Program-made: the position numbers and the translations under genes | Part shown: piece after piece, positions 40,817 to 52,168 of the stretch | Position numbering within the stretch: position 1 is the stretch's first letter | How the letters are laid out: each line of letters begins with the position of its first letter | Assembly: GCA_964543525.1 (NCBI GenBank) | Contig: CAZIYW010000011.1 | Coordinates: 1,300-65,299, forward strand | Source of the DNA: an uncultured Fibrobacterota bacterium | Lineage (GTDB): Bacteria; Fibrobacterota; Chitinivibrionia; Chitinivibrionales; JANQEN01 | Direction of reading: 5' to 3' | Length of the DNA stretch: 64,000 bases | Notes under the pieces: model-generated | Told to the model about the DNA's origin: nothing | Seen by the model: the letters and a program-made list of their open reading frames with translations, nothing else | Databases searched by the model: none

Positions 40817-41857
40817 ATGAAAAAAATGAAAGCGCTGGTAAAGAAAAACCCTTCTCCAGGTCTGGACCTTGATGAGGTTGCGATTCCTGAGCTGGGTATT
40901 AATGATGTCCTTATACGAATTGTTAAAACCTCGATCTGCGGTACCGATGTACATATTTATGAATGGAATGAATGGGCGCAGCGAACAATTAAAACGCCCA
41001 TGGTCATCGGTCATGAATTTGTCGGTATTGTTGAAGATATCGGTTCAAACGTGCATGACTTTAAAAAGGGCGATCTGGTCAGCGGCGAAGGGCATATAAC
41101 CTGCGGTCATTGCCGCAATTGCCTGGCCGGACGGCGGCATCTCTGCCCCAACACCAGCGGTGTGGGAGTCAACAGGACAGGTGCTTTCGCGGAATACCTG
41201 GCTATACCCATGACCAACGTATGGTACTGCGATAAAAAAATACCGCTGGATGTCCTCTCCTGCTTCGATCCGCTCGGTAATGCCACCCATACGGCACTCT
41301 CCTTTGACGTTCTTGGCGAGGACGTGCTTATTACCGGCGCCGGCCCTATCGGTCTTATGGCTATTGCCATTGCAAAACATGCCGGCGCCAGATATGTGGT
41401 TGTCACCGATGTCAATCCCTATCGAATGAAACTGGCGGAAAAAATGGGCGCCACACTTGTACTCGACGCACGAAAAGACAGTCTTGTTGACGCCATGCAA
41501 AAACTGGGTATGAAAGAGGGCTTTGACGTCGGCATGGAGATGTCGGGCAACTGCAATGCCTTTATGGATATGCTGAAGGTAATGTGCCACGGCGGAAAAA
41601 TCGCCATGCTCGGTATTATGGCGGAACAGGCCGCCATCGACTGGGACTATGTCGTCTTCAACGGCCTGACTATCAAGGGTATTTACGGACGGGAGATGTT
41701 TGAAACCTGGTACAAGATGAGCATGATGATTACCAGCGGCCTCGATATCACGCCGGTTATAACCCACCGGTTTGATTACAGGGATTTTAAAGAGGGCTTT
41801 GAGATAATGACCACCGGAAACTCCGGAAAGATCGTGCTTGATTGGGAGAATATATAG
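40817..41857 (+). CDS. tdh: L-threonine 3-dehydrogenase
   Basis: [34 protein letters not shown]; start moved to ATG 40817 after AAAGGA. Confidence 0.96.
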   Translation: MKKMKALVKKNPSPGLDLDEVAIPELGINDVLIRIVKTSICGTDVHIYEWNEWAQRTIKTPMVIGHEFVGIVEDIGSNVHDFKKGDLVSGEGHITCGHCRNCLAGRRHLCPNTSGVGVNRTGAFAEYLAIPMTNVWYCDKKIPLDVLSCFDPLGNATHTALSFDVLGEDVLITGAGPIGLMAIAIAKHAGARYVVVTDVNPYRMKLAEKMGATLVLDARKDSLVDAMQKLGMKEGFDVGMEMSGNCNAFMDMLKVMCHGGKIAMLGIMAEQAAIDWDYVVFNGLTIKGIYGREMFETWYKMSMMITSGLDITPVITHRFDYRDFKEGFEIMTTGNSGKIVLDWENI

Positions 41858-41915
41858 CGGAAAATTTCTCTCTCCCATGTGTACCTCTGCATTTCTGTCG
41901 TGACCGGGACACCTC

Positions 41916-42030
41916 TTACCACTCTATTGTCAAAGAGAATGTCTCAGCAGAAACCTCTTCTCCCGAATCTTCTTTTGACTTCAGGTAAATGATCACAGGA
42001 ATTGCTGCCGCTGCGGCAACACCGATGAAG
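41916..42030 (-). pseudogene. 3'-end fragment of an unknown membrane/secreted protein gene
   Basis: [36 protein letters not shown]: hydrophobic helix plus acidic tail ending in W. Confidence 0.4.
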
Positions 42031-42038
42031 CAGGGCGC

Positions 42039-42425
42039 ATGCAATGGATAGCCCGTGCCGCTGAATGGGGTTTGCCCGGCGGGTTCTGCTCCTATGAAGG
42101 CGGGCCTGACCACGGCGGCGGCAGCGCCGATAACATAGCCAACAGAATCACCGCTGAACGATCCGAACGTATGGCCCTTGAATGGACCTATAACCTCGAT
42201 GATGCTTTTTTCAAACTGGGCGGCAATATCGCAGCCCAGTTCACGCTGACCAGTTCGTACTGCAGGTACGGCTGCTGGGGATTGACCGATGATGTCAAAT
42301 TTCCCGACCGTAATTACAAATATGCGGCCGCAAAAAAACTGGCGGATTCATTGACGGCAATACAAACACCCGATAATACAATCGGCAAAAAAAACGTTCA
42401 TTCTATTCTCTATCCTTACAGATAA
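42039..42425 (+). pseudogene. Internal/C-terminal fragment of a secreted glycoside-hydrolase-like protein
   Basis: SYEGGPD..M...YN..F..GG..AAQFT...[12 protein letters not shown]; lacks an N-terminus and is cut at a junction with the kinase fragment. Confidence 0.45.
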
Positions 42426-43400
42426 GGATATGCACTTGTTCCTCGTCCAGAGCCTTTTCACCGTTATCACGCCTTTTTGCCTCCAGAAATGCATTCCTCG
42501 CATCATCATATTCACCGCTCTTGAGTGAAACCCGTCCCAGGAGAACATATCCGCGCGCCAGATCCGGCAGCAGTTCGGTAATTTTCTTTGAGGCCATTGC
42601 CGCAAGCTCTATATTCTCCCGATCCGGTAGTACTGCGCACCGATTTAACAGTTCCTCGCGATCCCAGGATATCCCGCGGCAGTTCAGTTTTCGTGATGCG
42701 TCAAGCGACTGCGCAAGAGTGCCCTCGCTAATACGTTTGCGCAGTATCGATACATCTGCCCGGGTAATAATAAAAAACAACATCGAAACCAGCACTCCGA
42801 TCATAAAGACAATAATGCCGGATGCGACCAGCAACACTCGCGGTGAAAAAGCATGCAGGAATCCGCTAAACTTCTTTATGACAGGTATATCCCCTTTCAT
42901 CATGCGGGAAATAAAATGAGGCCTCTTATCCTGTGCAACCGGTGCAGGACCGGCCTGCGTTTTTATCTGTGCGAAGGGATACCACCGGTTAAATAATCTC
43001 TTCAATAAAGAAAGAAATATTTCGAAACAATCCTGTGCCAGTTCACTCATAAACCGGCTGAACTTGCGCAGCCATAAAAATCTCTTCTGCAGCATCCGTC
43101 TGGTATGTCCGTTGAGCGTGCCGTTCTTGAATACCTTGGCGATTCGACCGGCAATACCACCCAATACCTGCCTTGAGCCGTAGGGATGATATGAAGCAAG
43201 TGACGGATCTGAGCTAAGAAACTCTATGAACTCCTGCGGCGTCTGTATCCGTTTGCTTCTGTCCGGACTCAGGCATTTGCCAATCACTGTGTCAACGGCA
43301 TCAGGTATCGCGCCGCATACTTCGGACAACGGTATATGTTTTCCCCAATGGGTAAGGTTACGCTGCCTGTTTCAATAACAGTAACGACGAATAAATTAAC
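42403..43400 (-). pseudogene. 5'-truncated membrane Ser/Thr kinase (C-lobe end, TM, TPR)
   Basis: IPLSEVCGAIPDAVDTVIGKCLSPDRSKRIQTPQEF (subdomain XI); TM VLLVASGII..; TPR LARGYVLLGRV..GEYDDARNAF; in-frame stop just upstream. Confidence 0.7.
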
Positions 43401-43675
43401 CATGATGAAACGCTGAAAACGCAGCTATCGTCATACCCTCACTAATAACTATATCAGCATGGAATCGGATACGCAAGGTTTTTTTGACAGAATAGAATGC
43501 AGGCAATGGAGAAAATTTACCGGAAAAATTGTATATCCTCATTTTCTAAAATATTTTCCTATTCTATATTTCACCCATCGGGTTATAGAGAGAGGTGCCG
43601 TGATTACTGCATTCAGTAAATTTTTAACCGAAAGTAACTATACAGTTTTATACACCCCTTAAAAAGGATTTTATT

Positions 43676-44860
43676 ATGTTCACCACCATGAAAACCCATC
43701 TACAGGATCAGCTGAAAGAAATTGAAGAAAGCGGCCTGTATAAGAAAGAACGAATTATCACCGGTCCGCAGCAGGCTACCATCACTATTCAGGACGGTAA
43801 AAAGGTTCTGAATATGTGTGCGAACAATTACCTCGGTCTTGCGAACCATCCCGAGGTAATTTCCGCTGCTGAAAAGAGCTATGAAAAGTGGGGGTACGGT
43901 CTTTCCTCTGTACGCTTTATCTGCGGTACGCAGCAGCAGCATCGGGAACTTGAGACGCGGATCGCTGAATTTCTCGGTACCGAGGACACTATTCTGTATA
44001 CCTCCTGTTTCGATGCCAATACCGGCCTGTTCGAAACAATACTCTCTTCCGAAGATGCCGTAATCAGTGATGAATTGAATCACGCAAGCATTATTGACGG
44101 CATCCGTCTGTGTAAGGCGCAACGGTTCCGGTTCAAGGCGTCCGATATGGCTGATCTCGAATCGAAGCTGCAGGAGGCCCAATCAGCACGGTTCCGTCTT
44201 ATCGCCACTGACGGTGTTTTCTCCATGGACGGCACTATCGCGAAGTTAAACGAGATATGTGATCTTGCCGAGAAATATAACGCCCTGGTCATGGTTGACG
44301 ATTCCCACGCGGTTGGCTTTATTGGTAAGAACGGTAAAGGAACCCATGAATACCACAACGTTATTGATCGGGTGGATATCATTACCGGAACCCTCGGCAA
44401 GGCGCTCGGCGGTGCCAGCGGCGGTTATACCAGCGGCAGGAAAGAGATTATCGATTTTCTGCGGCAGCGCTCCCGTCCGTACCTTTTTTCCAATACCCTG
44501 GCGCCCTCTATCGTGGCAACCTCACTGAAAGTAATTGAGCTTCTGTCAACCACCTCGGAGCTTCGTGAGCAGCTTATGGACAACACTGCCCGTTTCCGTA
44601 CCCGAATGACTGAAGAAGGGTTTAATATCATCCCCGGAGAGCATCCCATTGTGCCTGTCATGCTTGGTGATGCGAAACTGTCGCAGGAAGTTGCGGCGAA
44701 GATGCTTGAGTGTGGCGTCTATGTCATCGGGTTTTTCTATCCGGTGGTACCGAAGGGAAAAGCGCGGATACGTACCCAGATGTCCGCCGCCCATACCCGT
44801 GAAGATGTAGACTTTGCCGTTAACGCATTTGTGGAGGTTAAGAAGGAGCTGGGTTTTTAA
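43676..44860 (+). CDS. kbl: Glycine C-acetyltransferase (2-amino-3-ketobutyrate CoA ligase)
   Basis: [42 protein letters not shown] (PLP Lys), [11 protein letters not shown]. Confidence 0.97.
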   Translation: MFTTMKTHLQDQLKEIEESGLYKKERIITGPQQATITIQDGKKVLNMCANNYLGLANHPEVISAAEKSYEKWGYGLSSVRFICGTQQQHRELETRIAEFLGTEDTILYTSCFDANTGLFETILSSEDAVISDELNHASIIDGIRLCKAQRFRFKASDMADLESKLQEAQSARFRLIATDGVFSMDGTIAKLNEICDLAEKYNALVMVDDSHAVGFIGKNGKGTHEYHNVIDRVDIITGTLGKALGGASGGYTSGRKEIIDFLRQRSRPYLFSNTLAPSIVATSLKVIELLSTTSELREQLMDNTARFRTRMTEEGFNIIPGEHPIVPVMLGDAKLSQEVAAKMLECGVYVIGFFYPVVPKGKARIRTQMSAAHTREDVDFAVNAFVEVKKELGF

Positions 44861-45336
44861 ACACAGGGGAACTTATCCCGCAGCAGGTCCGCCAGTTTTT
44901 CGAGTTGTTCCCGGTCAACCGCATCAAATACTTCCGGTATATTTGAATCGATATCAAGCACCGCGCAGAGATTATCTTTTTTGTCAAGTACAGGAACAAC
45001 GATCTCCGATCGTGTTTCCGCGGAGCAGGCTATATGATATGGTGTCGCACGGACATCTGCAACAATCTGGGTTTTCTTCTCACGTGCGGCTCTCCCGCAT
45101 ACCCCTTTCTCAAAGGGTATGGTCAGACAACCGTGACTACCCTGATAGGGGCCTACCTTTAATACCGCAGGCATAGTATGGCGATAAAATCCGGTCCAGT
45201 GGAAAAAATCGAATGCGCGATGCAGTTCGCATACCACGGTGGCCATAACTGCAATTGCATCATCCTCGCCGTCAATAAGCGCAGTAATTGAACGGAGAAC
45301 CTCCGAATATCGTTTTTGCTTTTCTTCAGTGGTCAT
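44857..45336 (-). CDS. msrC: GAF-domain free methionine-(R)-sulfoxide reductase-like protein
   Basis: WTGFY, GPYQG..GC..I...[24 protein letters not shown]. Confidence 0.8.
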   Translation of the reverse strand: MTTEEKQKRYSEVLRSITALIDGEDDAIAVMATVVCELHRAFDFFHWTGFYRHTMPAVLKVGPYQGSHGCLTIPFEKGVCGRAAREKKTQIVADVRATPYHIACSAETRSEIVVPVLDKKDNLCAVLDIDSNIPEVFDAVDREQLEKLADLLRDKFPCV

Positions 45337-45382
45337 AGCACGGCAGGAAATGGTATTGGTATTGAAGGAAATAATATCGGCA

Positions 45383-46057
45383 TTAAATCAGCTTCTCTTC
45401 TACTTCTTCAATGCTGTTGCATTCCGGTAATACCTTGAGAACATTGGTGCTGTCAAGGAGCGATCGTATCTCCGATGCCATATTAATGAGATAGATACTT
45501 CCTCCCTTTGATTCAAGTTTCCTATGAAGATTGGTCAGTATTCCGATACCGATACTGGTAATAAGCTCTACCTGCTGGAAATCAAACACCACGTGGATAT
45601 GGCCGGCTTCCAGAATTTTATTTACATCGTCGCGTAGCGGCTGCACGGTATTTACATTAAATTCTCTCGGCAGTCTGATATATGAATAAAAGCCACGCTC
45701 TTCGACACTGAGTCCGCTGTCAAGAACAACATCAGCATCCTCAATAGAAGCGTAAATCTCAAACACCCGCTCCGCTTTAAATGTACCAAATGTTTTTGAC
45801 GCTGCCGGTGAGAGAGCTGCAAAGCAGACCTTCCCTCCTTTGGTAATCAAGTCTTTATGAAGGGTGGCAAGCAGGCCAATTGCACTACTGTCAACAAAGG
45901 TTGTTTTCTTTAAATCAAACAGAAGGACATTTTTCCCCATCTTTCTCACACATTCAATAGCCTTCTGTATCGATTTGACATTGGAAATATCAAATTTTCC
46001 CCCAATATGAAAAATGTGATACTGCGAACGCTCTTCTTCGGTGAGGGTATATGACAT
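45383..46057 (-). CDS. Tandem STAS-domain anti-sigma-factor antagonist
   Basis: Two STAS units: DLKKTTFVDSSAIG and DFQQVELITSIGIG. Confidence 0.85.
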   Translation of the reverse strand: MSYTLTEEERSQYHIFHIGGKFDISNVKSIQKAIECVRKMGKNVLLFDLKKTTFVDSSAIGLLATLHKDLITKGGKVCFAALSPAASKTFGTFKAERVFEIYASIEDADVVLDSGLSVEERGFYSYIRLPREFNVNTVQPLRDDVNKILEAGHIHVVFDFQQVELITSIGIGILTNLHRKLESKGGSIYLINMASEIRSLLDSTNVLKVLPECNSIEEVEEKLI

Positions 46058-46258
46058 GATAAAACACTACTCCTTTTAATGTACTAACTGAAATCTGTTT
46101 CTTCCGGGGCGACCCTATCTCCGGTAACACAAAATAAGGCTTTTTGCTCCAGGGAGAAAGATAATTAATTGAACCACACTTTTCATAATATTGCAATATT
46201 TTTTATTTAAAAAATTTTTTTAAAAAAATGGAACAATGTTCTATAAGTGTTGTCTAAC

Positions 46259-46443
46259 TAGTGTCCGTCCGAAAATCGGGCAAAACTGTCATTAACGCAT
46301 GCTTTCAGCGGGAATTTATTCTATAGAACAGACTGAAAGCCGGATTATTCGCTTCGCGCACCAAGTCTTCACTACCGATCACTGAACCCGGCCTATAAGC
46401 CTGCCGGAATGACGTCAGAAAAGCAGCTTTCGGACAGACACTA
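46259..46443. mobile_element. 185-bp MITE with 16-bp terminal inverted repeats, TA at both ends
   Basis: TAGTGTCCGTCCGAAA ... TTTCGGACAGACACTA (15/16 match); internal GCCTGCCGGAATGAC; no ORF. Confidence 0.75.
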
Positions 46444-46493
46444 AACAGCTGATAGTTACACAGCGCTCCTATTTCATTTTCCGGGAGGTTTTT

Positions 46494-46937
46494 ATGCGAC
46501 ATCTGCCTTTTTTAATCATTCTGCTTTATTTCGCCGGGTATGCACATTTTCCGCAGGATATGTATGTCATGCCGGTACAAAAAGATGTAAAAATCCATGG
46601 CAACAGATTCAGAAAATTGAATGAAGAGGCTCTATTTCAAGTGACACTGAACTGCCGCCTGAAAGTCCTCGTTATAAAAGAAAATTTATATAAAATCAAG
46701 GATAACCAGGGAAGGGTTGGCTGGGTTGAAAAACAATTCGTTGCACCAATCACAAAATCGTCAATAGATATTTATACACCGGCGGAAGTTTATGGTTACC
46801 ATGATATCCGTTCCTTTTTCAGTATATTCGGTATTCCCGATCAGGAAGAGGTCAGGATAAAACTTGATCGATCTTTTAAGGAGAATCTTAAAGAGCATGT
46901 TGACAGGGAGACGGTGGAGCGAATTGTGAAATATTAA
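46494..46937 (+). CDS. Secreted SH3b-like domain protein
   Basis: Hydrophobic N-terminus; LKVL....YKIKD.QG.VGWV. Confidence 0.6.
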   Translation: MRHLPFLIILLYFAGYAHFPQDMYVMPVQKDVKIHGNRFRKLNEEALFQVTLNCRLKVLVIKENLYKIKDNQGRVGWVEKQFVAPITKSSIDIYTPAEVYGYHDIRSFFSIFGIPDQEEVRIKLDRSFKENLKEHVDRETVERIVKY

Positions 46938-46943
46938 ATGAAA

Positions 46944-47744
46944 CTATGCATTTAAAAGCTGACTGCGACGTGAAAGCACATACTCCATAACCTTTTTTTT
47001 GGCGCGATCATCGAGAATATAGGCGGAAATAATACTCTTACCGTAATCCTCATGCTTCCCCATAGTCTCAAACGCTATTCGATAGGCATGATAAAGGGCT
47101 ATTAATTTTTTAGGAGAGTAATTGGTGTAATGCCTGAACATTCTCTGAAACTTTCTCGGCGTAGACCCCAGCATAATAGACCAGTCTTCAACGGTAAGCG
47201 GGTTTCGTGCAAATAACACATTTAAAGCTTTCAGCACCATTCCTTCGGGCATACGATTCGGCATAAGTTTTTTACGAATAGTGTGGAGTTGCAGTAAGGG
47301 AAAGAGTTTTATAAAGCTCTTTATCGGGCAGATAATAATGCACTTTTTTCTAACGTTATATATACCGGAATCATCCTGTATTCCATTTCTAATTGTAATG
47401 TAATCATTTGTTTCGGCAATCATATTATGAAGACGCATATAGTCGTCCGAAATGGAATCGGCAAGCATGATAATAGGCGCCCATAGCGGAAGGTGCTTTA
47501 TTGTTATAAAAAACTCTTCAGCAAAAGTACACCTGCTGTCAAATATCAAGCAATGCCATGTTGGAATCTGCCTGAAATACAGCCTCATTGCATCAGGAGA
47601 GCGTGCTTTTAGAAAATTAAACAACGGATATCGTCCAACCAGAGAATTTATTGTGCAGATGGTCCCCGATGAATCAGAACACAACATAACATGCAGAGTA
47701 TCACACAGGCACTCAACGAGAATTTTCTCAAGCCTGTTTTTCAT
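46944..47744 (-). CDS. Probable AraC-type regulator with a degenerate receiver-like N-terminus
   Basis: C-terminal LTVEDWS..LGSTPRKFQRMF..YT.YSPKK HTH; ATG 47744 chosen as start. Confidence 0.55.
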   Translation of the reverse strand: MKNRLEKILVECLCDTLHVMLCSDSSGTICTINSLVGRYPLFNFLKARSPDAMRLYFRQIPTWHCLIFDSRCTFAEEFFITIKHLPLWAPIIMLADSISDDYMRLHNMIAETNDYITIRNGIQDDSGIYNVRKKCIIICPIKSFIKLFPLLQLHTIRKKLMPNRMPEGMVLKALNVLFARNPLTVEDWSIMLGSTPRKFQRMFRHYTNYSPKKLIALYHAYRIAFETMGKHEDYGKSIISAYILDDRAKKKVMEYVLSRRSQLLNA

Positions 47745-47982
47745 CGGCAAATTCTCTCCATGATATGAATATGTTGTTTCAATATATACCAATGTAATTA
47801 ATTATGCTTTATAAAGTCAAAAGTTTTTTATCTATACAGAAATAAATAACTTATTAAGATACTTTTTTCTGAATACCCATATAAAATCTATATAAAAAAA
47901 ATACGGTTATAGGATTTTTCTTACCTGTAACCGTATCACAATGCTCTGGTTTAATGTCGGATATTATCCGTATATCTATAAA

Positions 47983-50900
47983 TTAAGCTGCCTTTAATCG
48001 GCGATCTTCACCAAGGGTCACCGATGCTACCGTGGAAATGCCTGATTCCTGCTGGGTAACACCGTACAATAAATCCGCCGCTTCCATGGTATGTTTATTG
48101 TGCGTAATAATGATAAACTGTGTTCTCTGTGCGAATTTTTTAAGTACCCGTATAAAGCGATCAATATTTGCATCATCCAGGGGAGCATCAAGCTCATCCA
48201 GAATACAGTAGGCCGAAGGTTTGACCAGATAGAGTGCGAACAGAAGAGAAATTGCAGTAAGTGCTCGCTCTCCGCCTGACAGCAGGGTAACCCCGCGCAT
48301 TTTTTTACCGGCAGGTCTGGCATTTATCTTTATTTCTGCATATAACGGATCAGCATCTTCTTCCAGTGATAGAGAAGCTTCACCGCCTTCAAACAACGTG
48401 GTAAACATCTCTCTGAAATTATTCTGTACCCGCTCAAATGTCTCAATGAACTGTATACGCGCCTCCCGATTGAGCTTTCTGATTGCCTTTTCAAGATCAT
48501 CCACCGCTTTCTGCAAATCGTCCCGCTGCATCACCATCTCTTTTAACTCGGTGCTTTCCTGTTCATACTCACCAATGGCACCCATATTGACTTCGCCGAC
48601 ACGACGAAGCCGCTCTTTCAGGACATGAATGTTCTCCGCAACTTCAGCGTCTTCCATGTCTATTTCAGGTATATCGTCAGGTGGTGATGCAAGGTCTATC
48701 TCATAGGCATTATATATCTTTTCCCGGATTGCGCGCTTCTGCTCGTCATCACGGGTCTGTTCAACCTCAAGCGTATGCCGCCGTTCGGCTATCGCCTCCA
48801 ACTCTTTCTGATACACCTTATTTTCACGACGCTGCTCTTCAATTGTATTCAGTAAAGCATTAAAATCTTCACGGACATTCTCGAGCACCTTCTGAAGTTC
48901 TTCCCGCCGGCTTGTCTGACGCTCTATACTCTCTTTCAATACGACAAGTTTTTCCTCAAGGTCTTTAATCTCACTCAGCGCGCTGTTCTTATCTTCTATT
49001 TTTTTCTGCCTGCTGTCACCCAGTTTCAGAATATCCTGTTTTAAATGCTCAACACTGTTTTTATCCTGCTCAACCCGGCTTGCAAGCCCCTGCTCTGAGA
49101 GCTGAATATTCTTGAGGTGCTCCGACAGCCGCGTCCGTTCCGCATCCATCTCTTCAAGACGATTCTTTACCTCCCCAATCTGCTCTTCAAGCTGCTGCCG
49201 CTTTACAACGATTTCCTCACACCCGACCTCATGCTCCTTAATCAACCATCTGAACTCATCAATGCTGTTTCTGTTCTTCTCCAGCCCAGGAACGATACTC
49301 TGAGCACGCTCCCTGAGATTCTCAATTTCAGCTTCATAATGCTTTATATTTGTTTCCTGCTCCTGCTGCCGCTGTCTGCCGGTATTCAGCTTTTCATCAA
49401 TCTCAATAAGTGCCCGTTTCGCTTCATCACGGGTAATAATACATATTTCCTTATCGTGAATAACGGTATTTAACTCATTCTGCAACCGATCATATTCTTC
49501 CTTTAACTGCTCAATTTCCTGTTTCCTTTGCAGAATACCAACCTGTTCCGTTTTTTTGGTACCGGCAACAACGGAGCCATTCGCATAACACACCGCACCA
49601 TCATGAGATACAATGGTTGTACCTGCTTCTACCTGCGGCTGCAGCTGCAGAGCAACAGAATCGTTATCACAGATAAGTACCCGGTTAAACAGATAATCGG
49701 CAAGAATGTTGCATTCCTCTTCGGTAGTAATCTGTACCCGCAGGGGCAGTGAGTTATTAACCACAAATGAAGGGGCATTATGTCTTACTGCCTGCAGCCG
49801 TTCCAGAGAAACCATCCTCGCTACACCAAGTTTTTCAGTATTCAGATATTCCATTGCAGCCGTTAAATCAGCGTCTGTCTTAAATACAACCGTCTGTATA
49901 ACCGAACCCAGCGCCCGCTCAACCACAGGGACCATCTCGGCATTTTCAACTTCAATAAGATCGGCCACAATACCCATAGTGCCGGGAAGATTTTTCTCGA
50001 GGAGCGATTTTACCCCATCGCCATATCCCTCAAAAGCAGCATCAAGCCCTTCAAGGAAACGCAATTTGGCCTTTCCCGAATCTATCCTCGACTCAATAGA
50101 CTTCTCTCTTTCAACGTATGCATGATAATGCTCATCCTCTTCTTCAATACGATTCCAGAGTTTTTCACGGGCTCTCATATGATTTTTAAAGGATTCATTA
50201 ACCTCGGCCAATTGCTGTCTGCAATTTTCAAGAACCATACGGGACTCTTCAAGATGATCCTCAAGTTTCTTTAACTCACTCTCATCACGCTCACACCGTT
50301 CAATACAGTTGCTTAAATTTGTTTTAACGGTGCTGAGCTCTCGCTGCTTCTCGCCGATCATACGCACACAATTGAGCTGCTGAACAGCCAGTTCGTCCCT
50401 GTACTGTCTCTGCTCCTGCATCCTGGCGTCAAAAGCGCTCAGCGCATCACGGGCCTCAGTAACCTTACCGGCCATCTCCTCCAACTGCGTCTCACGGCTG
50501 ATAATACTCTTCTCGATATTTGACAGGATATCCTTTTTCTCATTGTTCTGTGAATCAAATGACTCAAGCTCATTTTCAAAACGGGTTACATTCTGCTTGA
50601 GAATGGAAACACTCTGTTGAGAAACCGATACCTCCCGCTCCAGTGCATTGATCCGCTCCGAAGCATCCGAGACATTTCTACCGGCAATCTGAACCTCATT
50701 CTCCTTCTCGACCTTGGAAAGCTCCATCTTTTCAATTCTTGTTTCACCCGCGGCGACTTTAGCTTTCAGTGTCGCAATTTCGCTGTCCATTTCGGCGAGC
50801 ATCCGCCGGATCTCCTTTAACTTCTCTTCCAGCATGGTATAGCGTCGATTTTCAAAACCGACCTCCAATGCCTGCAAGTCGTCGTGGTACTGTTTATAAC

Positions 50901-51540
50901 GCTTCGCCTTTTCAACCTGGCGTCCCAGCATCCGTACATAACGCTCCTTTTCCTGTACCCGGTCATTTATCCGGAGAAGATCCTGCCGTGTACGATCAAG
51001 CTTGCGCTGACTCTCTTTTATTCGCTGTTTATACTTCCCGATTCCGGCAGCTTCTTCAAAAAGAATACGCCGCTCCTCCGCTTTGTCGCTCAGAATCCGG
51101 TTTATCATGCTGTTTTCTATAGTGGTATAGGCATTACTTCCGACACCGGTATCGAGAAACAGGTTATGAATATCCCTCAGCCGGCAGGCTGTTCTGTTTA
51201 TAAGGTAGTCACTGTCACCGCTTCTGAAAATACGGCGGGTGATAGCGACTTCATTATATTCCACCGGAAGAATACCTCTGGTATTCGAAATTGTGAGAGT
51301 GACTTCAGCCATATTCAACGGCTGTCGTTTTTCAGACCCGGAGAAAATCACATCCTGCATATGGGCACTGCGCAGTACCGAGGTCTTCTGCTCACCGAAC
51401 ACCCATCTGATAGCATCAACCACATTGGTTTTTCCACACCCGTTGGGCCCGACAACTGCAGTCATACCTTCACTGAAACAAAGCTCCGTTTTATCGGCAA
51501 ATGACTTGAATCCAAATATTGAAAGCTTCCGTAAAATCAT
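47983..51540 (-). CDS. smc: Chromosome segregation protein SMC
   Basis: GFKSF, GPNGCGKTN, long coiled coils with hinge, LSGGE, ILDELDAPLD, ITHN. Confidence 0.98.
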   Translation of the reverse strand: MILRKLSIFGFKSFADKTELCFSEGMTAVVGPNGCGKTNVVDAIRWVFGEQKTSVLRSAHMQDVIFSGSEKRQPLNMAEVTLTISNTRGILPVEYNEVAITRRIFRSGDSDYLINRTACRLRDIHNLFLDTGVGSNAYTTIENSMINRILSDKAEERRILFEEAAGIGKYKQRIKESQRKLDRTRQDLLRINDRVQEKERYVRMLGRQVEKAKRYKQYHDDLQALEVGFENRRYTMLEEKLKEIRRMLAEMDSEIATLKAKVAAGETRIEKMELSKVEKENEVQIAGRNVSDASERINALEREVSVSQQSVSILKQNVTRFENELESFDSQNNEKKDILSNIEKSIISRETQLEEMAGKVTEARDALSAFDARMQEQRQYRDELAVQQLNCVRMIGEKQRELSTVKTNLSNCIERCERDESELKKLEDHLEESRMVLENCRQQLAEVNESFKNHMRAREKLWNRIEEEDEHYHAYVEREKSIESRIDSGKAKLRFLEGLDAAFEGYGDGVKSLLEKNLPGTMGIVADLIEVENAEMVPVVERALGSVIQTVVFKTDADLTAAMEYLNTEKLGVARMVSLERLQAVRHNAPSFVVNNSLPLRVQITTEEECNILADYLFNRVLICDNDSVALQLQPQVEAGTTIVSHDGAVCYANGSVVAGTKKTEQVGILQRKQEIEQLKEEYDRLQNELNTVIHDKEICIITRDEAKRALIEIDEKLNTGRQRQQEQETNIKHYEAEIENLRERAQSIVPGLEKNRNSIDEFRWLIKEHEVGCEEIVVKRQQLEEQIGEVKNRLEEMDAERTRLSEHLKNIQLSEQGLASRVEQDKNSVEHLKQDILKLGDSRQKKIEDKNSALSEIKDLEEKLVVLKESIERQTSRREELQKVLENVREDFNALLNTIEEQRRENKVYQKELEAIAERRHTLEVEQTRDDEQKRAIREKIYNAYEIDLASPPDDIPEIDMEDAEVAENIHVLKERLRRVGEVNMGAIGEYEQESTELKEMVMQRDDLQKAVDDLEKAIRKLNREARIQFIETFERVQNNFREMFTTLFEGGEASLSLEEDADPLYAEIKINARPAGKKMRGVTLLSGGERALTAISLLFALYLVKPSAYCILDELDAPLDDANIDRFIRVLKKFAQRTQFIIITHNKHTMEAADLLYGVTQQESGISTVASVTLGEDRRLKAA

Positions 51541-51665
51541 AGATTTATAGTATCCATAGGAAATTAGTAAAAAATACCACCTATTGGCGTAATTATGCCT
51601 TCAAGATACTACATATTGCGGTAAGTGTCAAGAAAAAGCATGGCCTTAAAATTCTTTTTTTTTCC

Positions 51666-51694
51666 TTGACATACCATGCATAGTAATGCATAAT
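51666..51694 (+). promoter_or_regulatory. Sigma70-like promoter divergent from smc
   Basis: TTGACA-17 nt-CATAAT with extended TG. Confidence 0.5.
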
Positions 51695-52168
51695 ACCACA
51701 TCTTGTATACCCTACTTAGCAGGAATAGGGCAAAAAACGCAAAAGATTATTGTCTGCACATGAGAGATAGAACTCGGGGAGGCAGTGGTTAATGAACGAA
51801 TAGTAATTTTTGGGGGCCATTTGCCTATAAAATTCTCTTAAAGACAAAATGCTACTGCAAATAACGCTCGCTCTTTTCATAAATCTTTGACAGTTCTCCT
51901 GAGGTACCAGCAATGATTTGATTAATCGAGCTACAGTATTATCGACAAATACTCAATTTCTTTCTTGCATTATCAAAAAAGAAAAAAGATTGAAGTGCTT
52001 AAAAATTAAGAGTTCCTGCAAATGTCACCCTGTAACCGACGTATTATGTATATTCTCGATGAATACATTGAATACATTATTGCTCCACTGAAAGTGAAAA
52101 ACAACATTGTTGTTATAAGCAATAAATAAGCTACACGAACTTACTCTTGGTAAGGACCGGAGGCATCT

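Noticed and set aside
51700-52168. sRNA or small ORFs downstream of the promoter at 51666
   Set aside because: Only ORFs under 20 codons, and no clear structure or terminator
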